Of a stretch of 59,687 bases of DNA, positions 8,076 through 16,417 are shown in pieces; within the stretch, counting starts at the first letter, position 1, and each line of letters begins with the position of its first letter. The DNA is from a virus (taxonomy: Duplodnaviria > Caudoviricetes). The stretch lies in the IMG/VR virus record IMGVR_UViG_3300037584_004428, positions 1 through 59,687 of that record; one strand, given 5' to 3'. The translations under genes and the position numbers were made by a program. The notes beneath the pieces are model-generated. The model did not search any database. It was given only the letters and a program-made list of their open reading frames with translations, and was not told the origin of the DNA.

Positions 8076-11000
8076 TATAACACAGACAAGCGCTTCTTCA
8101 CTTAGCCATATAGTAGGCTATAATGGGGCCGATAATATTCAAATAACTCCCGCAGACTTTTTCACAAGTTTTGTAACGGGTACAGCAGGACAAGTAGCAT
8201 ACTTTGATCCATCAAACAATTTAGCAGGAGAAAATGCTTTTTTCTGGGATAATACAAACAAGAGATTAGGTATTGGAACAAATAGTCCAAATCACAAAAT
8301 TCATGTGGTAGATGATTCTGTTACAACTGGAACCGGAACACTACTAGAGTTACAAAGTCCACCTATAAATAATGGTGGTAGCTTGAATTTAGATTTCAGA
8401 GTTAGTAGTGCTAATACAGATGATAGATATGTTGCTAGGATTTCAGGAATGAGAGAAGGAAATGGAGCATTAAGTCAATTACAATTTTGGACTGAAAGCT
8501 CAGGTTTATATCAAAGAATGACTATTACTTCTGAAGGTAACGTAGGTATTGGTACTACTAGTCCATCTTCTAAATTACAAGTATCAGGAACTTTAGATGC
8601 AACTGGTATATCACAACTTGGGTCTAGTGGTGCTAATGTATTTTTAACATCTTCTAGCGCAGGAAATGTAGGTGTTGGTACGAGTAGTCCTACAGATAAA
8701 TTAGATATAGCTGGTGCTGCAAGATTTACCTCTAATATAAGTTTTGATAGCGGAAAAGCTGGTAGAATTTATAAAGCTAGTAATCACGGTTTAGCAATAC
8801 ACGGAGTTACGGGAACTGAAAATGACTTTGCAATGTTTACTCCTACAGGTATGCTTAAAATAGTTGTACCAACTGGAACTAATAATTTAATTTTAAATCG
8901 TGATAACGGCAATGTCGGTATTGGAACAACTAGTCCTGATTCTTTATTACACGTTGCTGCAGATGTTAGCAGTGCGAACACAGGTACTATAACAATAGAA
9001 GGTAGGCCAACTGGTTTTTTAGGTGATGATATAGCAACAATTGATTTTCAGAATAACGGTAGTAAACGTGCTGATATTAGAATGGAAAGAGGTAATACAG
9101 CTACTGATTCTCAACTTGTTTTTTCTACTTCTGACGCAGGTACTCTTAATGATACATTAATAATAAATGAGGCAGGTGACGTAGGTATTGGTATTACTAG
9201 TCCTACAGCAAAGTTGCAAATTGCTGCTGATTTTTCTAGCTCACCTCAACCACTTATATTTTTATCTAATAGTGGAGCAAATAACCCTGGTGGAGGTAGT
9301 GAAATTATTTTTGGATCATCAACTTCTGCAACTACATCACTTTATAATGCAAAAATACAAGTTATTAGAAGTAGTTTAGATAATGGATCATCGGATTTGT
9401 TTTTTCAAACAACCCATGTAGCTACATCTCAATCGCCTAGTACAAAAATGACAATTAAATCTGATGGTAATGTCGGTATTGGAACAACTAGTCCAAATAG
9501 AAAATTAACACTAATTGATGATGGCGCAGCTAATGGATCACAAAATATAACCGCACAATTTTCAAATCAAACTTCAGGAGCAACTTCTAGCGCTTTATAT
9601 ATTGGTGCTAGTGCAGGTGCAGATTGGCTTATAGGTAAAAACATATACGGTGTTTCTAGCCAATCATATTTCCAAATAGGTAACCAAGCTGGAACTACAC
9701 CAGCTTTAACAATAAATCATACAACTAACAACGCAACTTTTACAGGAAGCGCAACTATAAGAAAATCTAGTTTAGGTGGCTCAACACCTATGGCTGATGG
9801 AAGTTTAGTTTTGGGTGCAGGGTCAACTGATTATTATAGTTTCAGGTTAGATTCTAATGCTGATTTATATTTAGATAAAATCTTTGGTGGTACTGCTGCT
9901 AATGTTTTAAGTATAGATAGAAGTTCTACTAATGGAAATATAACTTTTGCAGGAAATATTGAAGCATTAGGTTTGACTTTTTCAAATGGTGGAGATAGGT
10001 CTTTAACAGGTCCACAAAATGAAGATTTAATAATTAATGCTAGACCAAATGACACAACAGAGGGTTTGCATTTACAAATAAATGGCACAGATAAATTATT
10101 TATTAAACAAGATGGCTCTTCAACTTTTGCAGGTTTAGTAAAAGCACCTTTTTTTACAACCGATGGTGGTCGTGGATTCAAACAAAATAGTGTAGCTTTT
10201 GTAGGCACATATTCAAATGGCGCCGCTGCTAATGGAGCAAATGATTTAGGTAGTACAACAAATAAATGGCGAGATATTTATATATCAGGAGATATTACTT
10301 CCTCAGCAGGGGGAGCAACTTTTGCAGATGCTATTAATACAACAGGTAAAGTTAATATTAATATACCAAGTGAGGGAAATTATTTTGAAGGTGGCTCTGC
10401 TAGTTTAAGAAGATTAACAATTACAACTGGGACAAACATTTCACCTCACGCATTACATACTTTTAATATTGCATCAAGTAATGGAAAATATAAATTTGAT
10501 GTTAATGGAACAGAGCAATTTTCTATTGACTCAAGTAACGCAACTTTTGCAGGGAATATAACTGTTAGTACAGCAAGTGCTACGTTAAATTTATTATCAG
10601 GCACAAATGGTAATAGTACAATTAATTTTGCGGATCCAGCAGATAACAATGTAGGTCAAATAATATATAGACATAACGGTAATAGCATGGCGTTTGATAC
10701 TAATGACGTGGAAAGAATGCGTATTGATTCTACAGGAAGTTTATTAGTTAATACAACTACAAATCAAGGTGTTGGTGGTGTTAGTATTGATCCTATCACA
10801 GCAGGACTTACAACTATTGTAAGCAATACAAGTAGCTCAGGTGCTGAATTATTTGTCGCAAGATTTAATTCAACTCAAGTAGGTAGTATTACATTAAGTG
10901 GTACAACTGGTACTCAATTTAACACATCCTCTGATTATAGATTAAAAGAAGATTTACAAGATTTTGCAGGATTAGATATGATTTCTAAAATACTTGTTTA

Positions 11001-11202
11001 TGACTTTAAATGGAAATCAGATGACAGTAGGTCTTATGGTGTAATGGCTCACGAACTTGAAGAAGTTTTACCTCAAGCAGTTAGTGGAGAAAAAGATGCA
11101 GAAGAAATGCAAGGAGTAGATTACAGTAAAATAGTACCACTATTAATTAAATCAATACAAGAGCTTAAGGCAGAAGTAGAAGATTTAAAATCAAAAATAT
11201 AA
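8053..11202 (+). CDS. Fibre protein A3 with C-terminal intramolecular chaperone (peptidase S74)
   Basis: Shared N-terminus; GNVGIGT and ATFAG repeats; SDYRLKE...GVMAHELEEVLP...DYSKIVPLLIKSIQEL. Confidence 0.85.
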   Translation: MAIKFSQFITQTSASSLSHIVGYNGADNIQITPADFFTSFVTGTAGQVAYFDPSNNLAGENAFFWDNTNKRLGIGTNSPNHKIHVVDDSVTTGTGTLLELQSPPINNGGSLNLDFRVSSANTDDRYVARISGMREGNGALSQLQFWTESSGLYQRMTITSEGNVGIGTTSPSSKLQVSGTLDATGISQLGSSGANVFLTSSSAGNVGVGTSSPTDKLDIAGAARFTSNISFDSGKAGRIYKASNHGLAIHGVTGTENDFAMFTPTGMLKIVVPTGTNNLILNRDNGNVGIGTTSPDSLLHVAADVSSANTGTITIEGRPTGFLGDDIATIDFQNNGSKRADIRMERGNTATDSQLVFSTSDAGTLNDTLIINEAGDVGIGITSPTAKLQIAADFSSSPQPLIFLSNSGANNPGGGSEIIFGSSTSATTSLYNAKIQVIRSSLDNGSSDLFFQTTHVATSQSPSTKMTIKSDGNVGIGTTSPNRKLTLIDDGAANGSQNITAQFSNQTSGATSSALYIGASAGADWLIGKNIYGVSSQSYFQIGNQAGTTPALTINHTTNNATFTGSATIRKSSLGGSTPMADGSLVLGAGSTDYYSFRLDSNADLYLDKIFGGTAANVLSIDRSSTNGNITFAGNIEALGLTFSNGGDRSLTGPQNEDLIINARPNDTTEGLHLQINGTDKLFIKQDGSSTFAGLVKAPFFTTDGGRGFKQNSVAFVGTYSNGAAANGANDLGSTTNKWRDIYISGDITSSAGGATFADAINTTGKVNINIPSEGNYFEGGSASLRRLTITTGTNISPHALHTFNIASSNGKYKFDVNGTEQFSIDSSNATFAGNITVSTASATLNLLSGTNGNSTINFADPADNNVGQIIYRHNGNSMAFDTNDVERMRIDSTGSLLVNTTTNQGVGGVSIDPITAGLTTIVSNTSSSGAELFVARFNSTQVGSITLSGTTGTQFNTSSDYRLKEDLQDFAGLDMISKILVYDFKWKSDDSRSYGVMAHELEEVLPQAVSGEKDAEEMQGVDYSKIVPLLIKSIQELKAEVEDLKSKI

Positions 11203-11219
11203 AGTATCTTTGTAAATAT
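11203..11219 (+). promoter_or_regulatory. Putative promoter, -7 box TATCTTTG (11205-11212)
   Basis: Bacteroidota TAnnTTTG; the 17-mer agtatctttgtaaatat is identical to 16379-16395. Confidence 0.75.
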
Positions 11220-11280
11220 GAAATACACAACAACAACAACTTGGGGTAATGACTTAGAGGTCGAATACAAATATGTATAA
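11218..11280 (+). CDS. 20-aa micro-ORF MKYTTTTTWGNDLEVEYKYV
   Basis: ATG 5 nt after the -7 box; manually translated. Confidence 0.4.
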   Translation: MKYTTTTTWGNDLEVEYKYV

Positions 11281-11301
11281 ATTAATAAATAGAATTGAAC
11301 C

Positions 11302-11715
11302 ATGAAATTCTACACTAAGAAAACAACAGAAGAAATTTTAGCTCAAATAGAGATTGATAAAATCAATGCGAAAAGTACAGCTAAAGAAATTGCATCGAAA
11401 CATTTAGGAAAGCATGCAATTAATTATATAACTATACTCGTTGTAATAGGTGTGGTTAGTTCTCAGTTTTTAGAAGGTGGTGCTTTAACAGCGGTTATTG
11501 GATTGGTTTCTACCGCAGCAATGGCTTTGATAGGTATACTCCAACATATTGTTGGCGCTAAAGAAAAAGAGGAGAAGCCAGAACTAGAGATAATAAAAAG
11601 TTTGATTAAAGAACTTTCAGACAAGGAAGATGACCCTATGCAGGTAGATGTGACTGACACAGATGTTACAGTAACTAAAGGAGAAAGCAAAGTAACAGCA
11701 AGTAAAAAGAAATAA
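11302..11715 (+). CDS. Membrane protein (2 TM helices)
   Basis: Two hydrophobic segments: YITILVVIGVVSS and ALTAVIGLVSTAAMALIGIL. Confidence 0.75.
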   Translation: MKFYTKKTTEEILAQIEIDKINAKSTAKEIASKHLGKHAINYITILVVIGVVSSQFLEGGALTAVIGLVSTAAMALIGILQHIVGAKEKEEKPELEIIKSLIKELSDKEDDPMQVDVTDTDVTVTKGESKVTASKKK

Positions 11716-11716
11716 C

Positions 11717-12022
11717 ATGGCACAAAAAATAAGCGAAGAAACAGAAGTAAGATTAGATTTAAAAACAATAGGAATTATTGTTGGCGGCGTAATCTCTCTT
11801 ACTAGCATGTACTTTGTTTTGAAGTCAGATATAGCATTGGCTATGGAAAGACCAGAGCCTGAAGTTTCTAAAATTGAGTGGTCTTATAAAGACGAGCTTG
11901 TGCGTTCGGAAATATCTAACACTAATGAAAAGGTGCAAGGTTTAGAAAAATCAGTAGAAGAAATAAAACAACAACTAAATAAAATTGACGAAAGACTATA
12001 TGAAATTAGCAAACAAAGATGA
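11717..12022 (+). CDS. Single-TM coiled-coil protein
   Basis: TM segment TIGIIVGGVISLTSMYFVL followed by a heptad C-terminus. Confidence 0.75.
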   Translation: MAQKISEETEVRLDLKTIGIIVGGVISLTSMYFVLKSDIALAMERPEPEVSKIEWSYKDELVRSEISNTNEKVQGLEKSVEEIKQQLNKIDERLYEISKQR

Positions 12023-12342
12023 GATGTGCAATAATTGCCTTTTTCCTGACATGTGTCACTTTTGCTCAAACTGATATTGAAATAATTCAGTTTAGCGCCT
12101 CTTTCGTTAAAGATAATGAGATTGAATTAAAAAGTTTTAGATATGATTCTGAAACTATCTATATGTCTGACTCCAAAGACAAATTCAATAAATACAATAT
12201 TAAATACATACCAACCATTATATTATTTTATAATGACGAAGAATACTATAGGGTAGAGTCAGGCATAAGTTTGAAATTGCCGGATAACTCTATTGAATTA
12301 ATAGAAAACAAAATAGAAGAAATTATAGAAAGTAAATTTTAA
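12019..12342 (+). CDS. Secreted thioredoxin-fold protein lacking CxxC
   Basis: Signal peptide ending TFA-Q; IIQFSASF where FxAxWCxxC would be; KYNIKYIPTIILF cis-Pro motif. Confidence 0.6.
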   Translation: MRCAIIAFFLTCVTFAQTDIEIIQFSASFVKDNEIELKSFRYDSETIYMSDSKDKFNKYNIKYIPTIILFYNDEEYYRVESGISLKLPDNSIELIENKIEEIIESKF

Positions 12343-12344
12343 AT

Positions 12345-13574
12345 ATGAAACAATTAATAACATTAATATTTATACTATCTACATTAAATGTATCATCACA
12401 AGTTATAGATACAGATAAAAAGCTAGAAGATAAGATTGTAAAAAAATATAAAGCAAAAGATTTTTTTAAAAACATTTATAAAGATATTTTTAAATACAGC
12501 ACTGTTTATGTGGCTGGAAACGTAGACAATCCTAAAGAAAATCCTAAAGATTATTTTGTGCGAACCAACCCCGATGGTAACCTATACACTCCACCCGTCG
12601 TAGTTGACGGCACGGACTATTACGACTTTGATTATCGTTATGGTTTTGGAATCCGTAAGTTAGCACGTTTTGATTACGAGATCAAAGGGAAACACTACTA
12701 CGATGGCACAGAAAACAATATTGGACTATCAGCACCTAACTCACCTGTTGATGGCTTAGAGTACACGATTCATTATGAAAAAGAAAGATCTAGAGACGAT
12801 GTCTTTACAAATCATAGATATTTCGTTAAACACAGTGGTAAGTATCACATAGCAAAACTAGAAAGTAGAAAGCAAGGAAAAGTAGATTTTAATTACAAGT
12901 CGGCAGAGTTAAGAGCAAAACTCCCAATAGGTAAAAAACTTTCTTTATCCGCCGGTGCAATTTACAGGACTCATTTGCGTCCTTATGGATACAACCCGGT
13001 AGAAATATGGCTTAATGAAACAGATGAGAATGGATGGCCAATCAACCCTTGGTATTCTTTAGGATTTCAATATGGCTATGATGATATATATTACACACAA
13101 GAAGATCAAAATGGCAATGAAATATCAGATTGGTATTGGGTGAATCCTCAAGGTGAGGTTGTGGCTCATACAGATTTAGAATTTAGAGATACAGTATTTG
13201 CAGATCTAATGAATAGGTATAATGAGGAGATTTGGAGTGAGCTAGATACATTTGGCGTTGTCAGCCCAATTGTCGGATTTGACGTGTACCACTACAAAAG
13301 AAATTTCTGGTTACACGCGTTTGGATCATATTTACTACCTTTTCATAAGTATGTGCAGGGAGACGAATCTTTCAGTTATTTGAATCGAAATAATTGGGGG
13401 CTCGGAGGATTAAGAGAAGATGTAGATTTAGAACAATGGGAGGATTGGCAGGCAGGCATTTCATTTGGATGGAAGCTGTCAAAAAATATTGGGGTATTTG
13501 TTGAGGGAGAATATACAAGGTTTTGGGATTCTGAAATCTATCAATCTTCTGTAGGTATAAACTTTAGATTATGA
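12345..13574 (+). CDS. Putative outer-membrane beta-barrel protein
   Basis: Signal peptide; aromatic amphipathic strands; C-terminus GISFGWKL..IGVFVEGEY..SSVGINFRL resembling a beta-signal. Confidence 0.65.
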   Translation: MKQLITLIFILSTLNVSSQVIDTDKKLEDKIVKKYKAKDFFKNIYKDIFKYSTVYVAGNVDNPKENPKDYFVRTNPDGNLYTPPVVVDGTDYYDFDYRYGFGIRKLARFDYEIKGKHYYDGTENNIGLSAPNSPVDGLEYTIHYEKERSRDDVFTNHRYFVKHSGKYHIAKLESRKQGKVDFNYKSAELRAKLPIGKKLSLSAGAIYRTHLRPYGYNPVEIWLNETDENGWPINPWYSLGFQYGYDDIYYTQEDQNGNEISDWYWVNPQGEVVAHTDLEFRDTVFADLMNRYNEEIWSELDTFGVVSPIVGFDVYHYKRNFWLHAFGSYLLPFHKYVQGDESFSYLNRNNWGLGGLREDVDLEQWEDWQAGISFGWKLSKNIGVFVEGEYTRFWDSEIYQSSVGINFRL

Positions 13575-13804
13575 TGAATAAAATACCTAACGATAAACTC
13601 CTTCATTTTTTTTGGGGAGGTATATCTGCTTTCCCCTTAATCTATTTATTCTCTATTTACGGATTTATTTTTTCCTTAACTTTGTATGCAGCAAAAGAAA
13701 TCATTTATGATTGGCGAATGGGTAAGGGTAATCCAGAGTTTTTAGATTTTGTTTATTCTAGTGTACCTGCGATATTTTATTTAATATTAAAATTAAATTT
13801 ATGA
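13571..13804 (+). CDS. Small membrane protein (DKLLHF...KE..D type)
   Basis: Hydrophobic 77-aa ORF with DKLLHF motif. Confidence 0.65.
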   Translation: MMNKIPNDKLLHFFWGGISAFPLIYLFSIYGFIFSLTLYAAKEIIYDWRMGKGNPEFLDFVYSSVPAIFYLILKLNL

Positions 13805-14262
13805 ATAGAATTAGTGATCACATAACGTATGCAGAAGCTATACATTCTAATACGGCTAAAAGAAAGAAGATAGATAACACACCAAACCCCACTCAAATCG
13901 CATCAATGGCAACAGTTGCTGAAATGGTTTTTGAGCCTTTAAGGTCTTGGGTTGGTGGGCCGATAAAAGTAAATTCATTTTTCAGGTCACCATCTTTGAA
14001 TGAAGCTATTGGCGGAGTTAGTTCCAGCCAGCATTGCAAGGGTCAAGCGATTGATTTAGATGATGTTTATGGATACAAATCCAATGCTGAAATGTTCATG
14101 TATATACGAGAGAATTTAGACTTTGATCAATTGATATGGGAGTTTGGAACTGATATGAATCCCAACTGGATTCACGTATCATATGTATCAAAAGATGAAA
14201 ATAGAAACAGATGTTTGAAGGCATATAAAGAAGATGATAAAACTAAATATAAAGTAATATGA
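13801..14262 (+). CDS. Endolysin, peptidase M15A-like Zn peptidase
   Basis: SFFRS..LN.AIGG..SSQHCKGQAID and WIHVSY motifs. Confidence 0.85.
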   Translation: MNRISDHITYAEAIHSNTAKRKKIDNTPNPTQIASMATVAEMVFEPLRSWVGGPIKVNSFFRSPSLNEAIGGVSSSQHCKGQAIDLDDVYGYKSNAEMFMYIRENLDFDQLIWEFGTDMNPNWIHVSYVSKDENRNRCLKAYKEDDKTKYKVI

Positions 14263-14693
14263 GTTCTAAAAAAAAATTTTCTGAAACGAAAGTAGGTTTG
14301 TTTTTAAAAAAAACTGCACCAGGTATATTAGATACTGTGGGAGATGTGTTGCCAGATGCAGGAGTTATGGGATTGGTAAAGAATTTAATTAAAAAAGAAT
14401 CGGATGTAGTTTTGCCAGTTGAGGATAAAGAAAAGGCTATGAAATTATTAGAACTAGATATTATAGAGATGCAGGAAGTTAGTAAAAGATGGACGGCCGA
14501 TATGTCCAGTACATCTTGGATGGCTCAAAATGTAAGGCCAATGACGCTTATATTTTTTTCAGTAGCATATATAGTTGGGTGGTATGCGGGTTATGAATTA
14601 GACAGTGTGGCTGGAGTCCTTTCGCTTATTGTAGGAGCATACTTTGGTTCTAGAGGGATTGAAAAGGTAATGGGTAATAATAAACATAAATAG
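14259..14693 (+). CDS. Putative holin
   Basis: RW.AD..S.W..NVRP, two TM segments, YFGSRGIEK; adjacent to the endolysin. Confidence 0.7.
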   Translation: MSSKKKFSETKVGLFLKKTAPGILDTVGDVLPDAGVMGLVKNLIKKESDVVLPVEDKEKAMKLLELDIIEMQEVSKRWTADMSSTSWMAQNVRPMTLIFFSVAYIVGWYAGYELDSVAGVLSLIVGAYFGSRGIEKVMGNNKHK

Positions 14694-14697
14694 TAAA

Positions 14698-14832
14698 ATG
14701 GCTAGAAGAGTAATAAATCCTATTGAGTACAAAAGAGTAAGAAAAAAAAGACCCGGCATTCACGCTAAGACTAAAATTAGTAAATTAAAAAGTAGTAAAT
14801 TGTATAAAAAATTAAACATAGGTCAAGGATAA
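14698..14832 (+). CDS. Small basic protein (44 aa, ...KKRPGIHAK...YKKLNIGQG), not in ORF track
   Basis: Manually translated; TAATG-coupled to the next gene. Confidence 0.7.
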   Translation: MARRVINPIEYKRVRKKRPGIHAKTKISKLKSSKLYKKLNIGQG

Positions 14833-14987
14833 TGGCAAAAAAAGGAAGAACAAAAGGAAACAAAATATGTCCAGCTGGAATAGCTTGGGCAAAAAGGACT
14901 TTCGATAGATACCCATCAGCTTATGCAAATATGGCTGCGAGTAAATATTGTAAAGACCCCAACTATGCAAAAAAAAGTAAAAAATGA
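14832..14987 (+). CDS. Small basic protein (51 aa, YPSAYAN motif), not in ORF track
   Basis: MAKKGRTKGNKICPAGIAWAKRTFDRYPSAYANMAASKYCK... Confidence 0.7.
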   Translation: MAKKGRTKGNKICPAGIAWAKRTFDRYPSAYANMAASKYCKDPNYAKKSKK

Positions 14988-15103
14988 TAGATAAGAAAAA
15001 ATTAAGAACTATTTCAGCAGAATTAAAAAAAGCTTCAGCTCTTCATAAAGGGCAAGCGGCTAAAATTGACAGGATGCTTAAATCACTTAGTAAAAAAAAA
15101 TAA
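14984..15103 (+). CDS. Small basic protein (39 aa), not in ORF track
   Basis: ATGA overlap; MIDKKKLRTISAELKKASALHKGQAAKID... Confidence 0.65.
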   Translation: MIDKKKLRTISAELKKASALHKGQAAKIDRMLKSLSKKK

Positions 15104-15128
15104 TAAATAACAAGTAAAAAAATAAATC

Positions 15129-15509
15129 ATGAAAATGAAAAAAACGATGCTTAATGCTGTGCAAAAAGTAAAAATGGCAATGGGTAAAAAAATGCCTAAG
15201 CTATCTATGGAATATCCAAAAATGAATAAAGGTTTCGATTCACTTCCTTCTGATGTTCAAAATAAGATTATGAAAAAAAAACCTAAAATGACTGAAAAAG
15301 GAATGGCTAAAAGAAAAAAAATAATAGCAGGAGTAAGAAAAGAAGGTGAGGCTAAAATAAGCAAAGAGGCAGAAGAAAGAAATAAGCGTATAGGTGGAAG
15401 AAGTGGAGTGCGTGAACCCCTGCCGCCTAGGATGGTAATGGCTAAAAAGAAGCCTAAAATGGCAATGAGAAAGAAGAAGCCTAAGATGGCAATGAGAAAG
15501 AAAAAGTAA
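15129..15509 (+). CDS. Lys/Met-rich protein with repeated P-K/R-M/L motif
   Basis: Six PK(R)M(L) motifs; 27-bp tandem repeat at 15447-15500. Confidence 0.7.
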   Translation: MKMKKTMLNAVQKVKMAMGKKMPKLSMEYPKMNKGFDSLPSDVQNKIMKKKPKMTEKGMAKRKKIIAGVRKEGEAKISKEAEERNKRIGGRSGVREPLPPRMVMAKKKPKMAMRKKKPKMAMRKKK

Positions 15510-15874
15510 TGGCATTTAACTTAAAAAATATTTATGAGGTTTTCGGACACAATAAAGAATTCTCTAACGGGGATAGAATTGTTGTGGAAAAAAAAATGTC
15601 TAAAAAAGTTTTAGGTCAAATAAATCCCAACGGTGTAATTGAAATAAATAAAGATGCAACACCTGCAAATAAACGCAGGGCGGTAAAGCATGAGCAAGTT
15701 CATTTAGATCAAATTAGATTAGGCTTGTTGCATTTTGATCATAACAATTATCATTATAGAGAAAGCATAACCTCACCAATACAGACAATACCAAGTAGTA
15801 AGATTAACACACACGACAGAAGTTTGCCGTGGGAAATAGAAGCACACAATGGGCGAATTAAAAAAATGGGTTAA
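15509..15874 (+). CDS. Zincin-like metallopeptidase
   Basis: HEQVH motif with downstream PWEIEA. Confidence 0.65.
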   Translation: MAFNLKNIYEVFGHNKEFSNGDRIVVEKKMSKKVLGQINPNGVIEINKDATPANKRRAVKHEQVHLDQIRLGLLHFDHNNYHYRESITSPIQTIPSSKINTHDRSLPWEIEAHNGRIKKMG

Positions 15875-16088
15875 ACAAAAGTGGGTTCGTATTGGAACCG
15901 ATGGTACAATTAAAGGCCCTTGTGGTACATCTAAAAATAAAAAGAATCCTGACAGGTGCTTACCACTAGCGAAAGCCAGAAGATTAAGTAAAAAACAATT
16001 AGCAGCAACAGCTAAGAAAAAAAAGAGACAAGGCAGAGGTCGTCAATTTGTTTCTAATACTAGTGCTGCAAAAGTAAGAAACGCGTAA
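15849..16088 (+). CDS. Small basic protein (KWV.I...CG...CLP type)
   Basis: 79 aa, highly basic. Confidence 0.7.
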   Translation: MGELKKWVKQKWVRIGTDGTIKGPCGTSKNKKNPDRCLPLAKARRLSKKQLAATAKKKKRQGRGRQFVSNTSAAKVRNA

Positions 16089-16089
16089 C

Positions 16090-16380
16090 ATGGCAACTAA
16101 AAAAAACATGCCTTGTAATAGAGTGAGGCCGTCTACAAGACCAGGTAAAAAGAAAATGGTAAAAGCTTGTGAGGGTGGTAGAGAGAAGTTAATTCACTTT
16201 GGAGCTAAGGGTTACGGTCATAATTATTCTGCAGCAGCAAGAAAAAGTTTTAGAGCAAGACATAAGTGCGGAACAGCCAAATCAAAACTAACAGCGAGAT
16301 ATTGGGCGTGTAAAAAATTATGGGCAGGTAAGGGTGGCAGCACCAAATCTTCACCTAAAAATAGACAGGGAAAATATTAG
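16090..16380 (+). CDS. Small basic protein (IHFGAKGY...FRARHKC...ARYW type)
   Basis: 96 aa; motif recurrent in phages and large DNA viruses. Confidence 0.75.
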   Translation: MATKKNMPCNRVRPSTRPGKKKMVKACEGGREKLIHFGAKGYGHNYSAAARKSFRARHKCGTAKSKLTARYWACKKLWAGKGGSTKSSPKNRQGKY

Positions 16381-16395
16381 TATCTTTGTAAATAT
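16379..16395 (+). promoter_or_regulatory. Putative promoter, -7 box TATCTTTG (16381-16388)
   Basis: About 30 nt upstream of fibre B1; same 17-mer as 11203-11219. Confidence 0.75.
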
Positions 16396-16417
16396 TTAAT
16401 AATCTAAAAAAACAATC

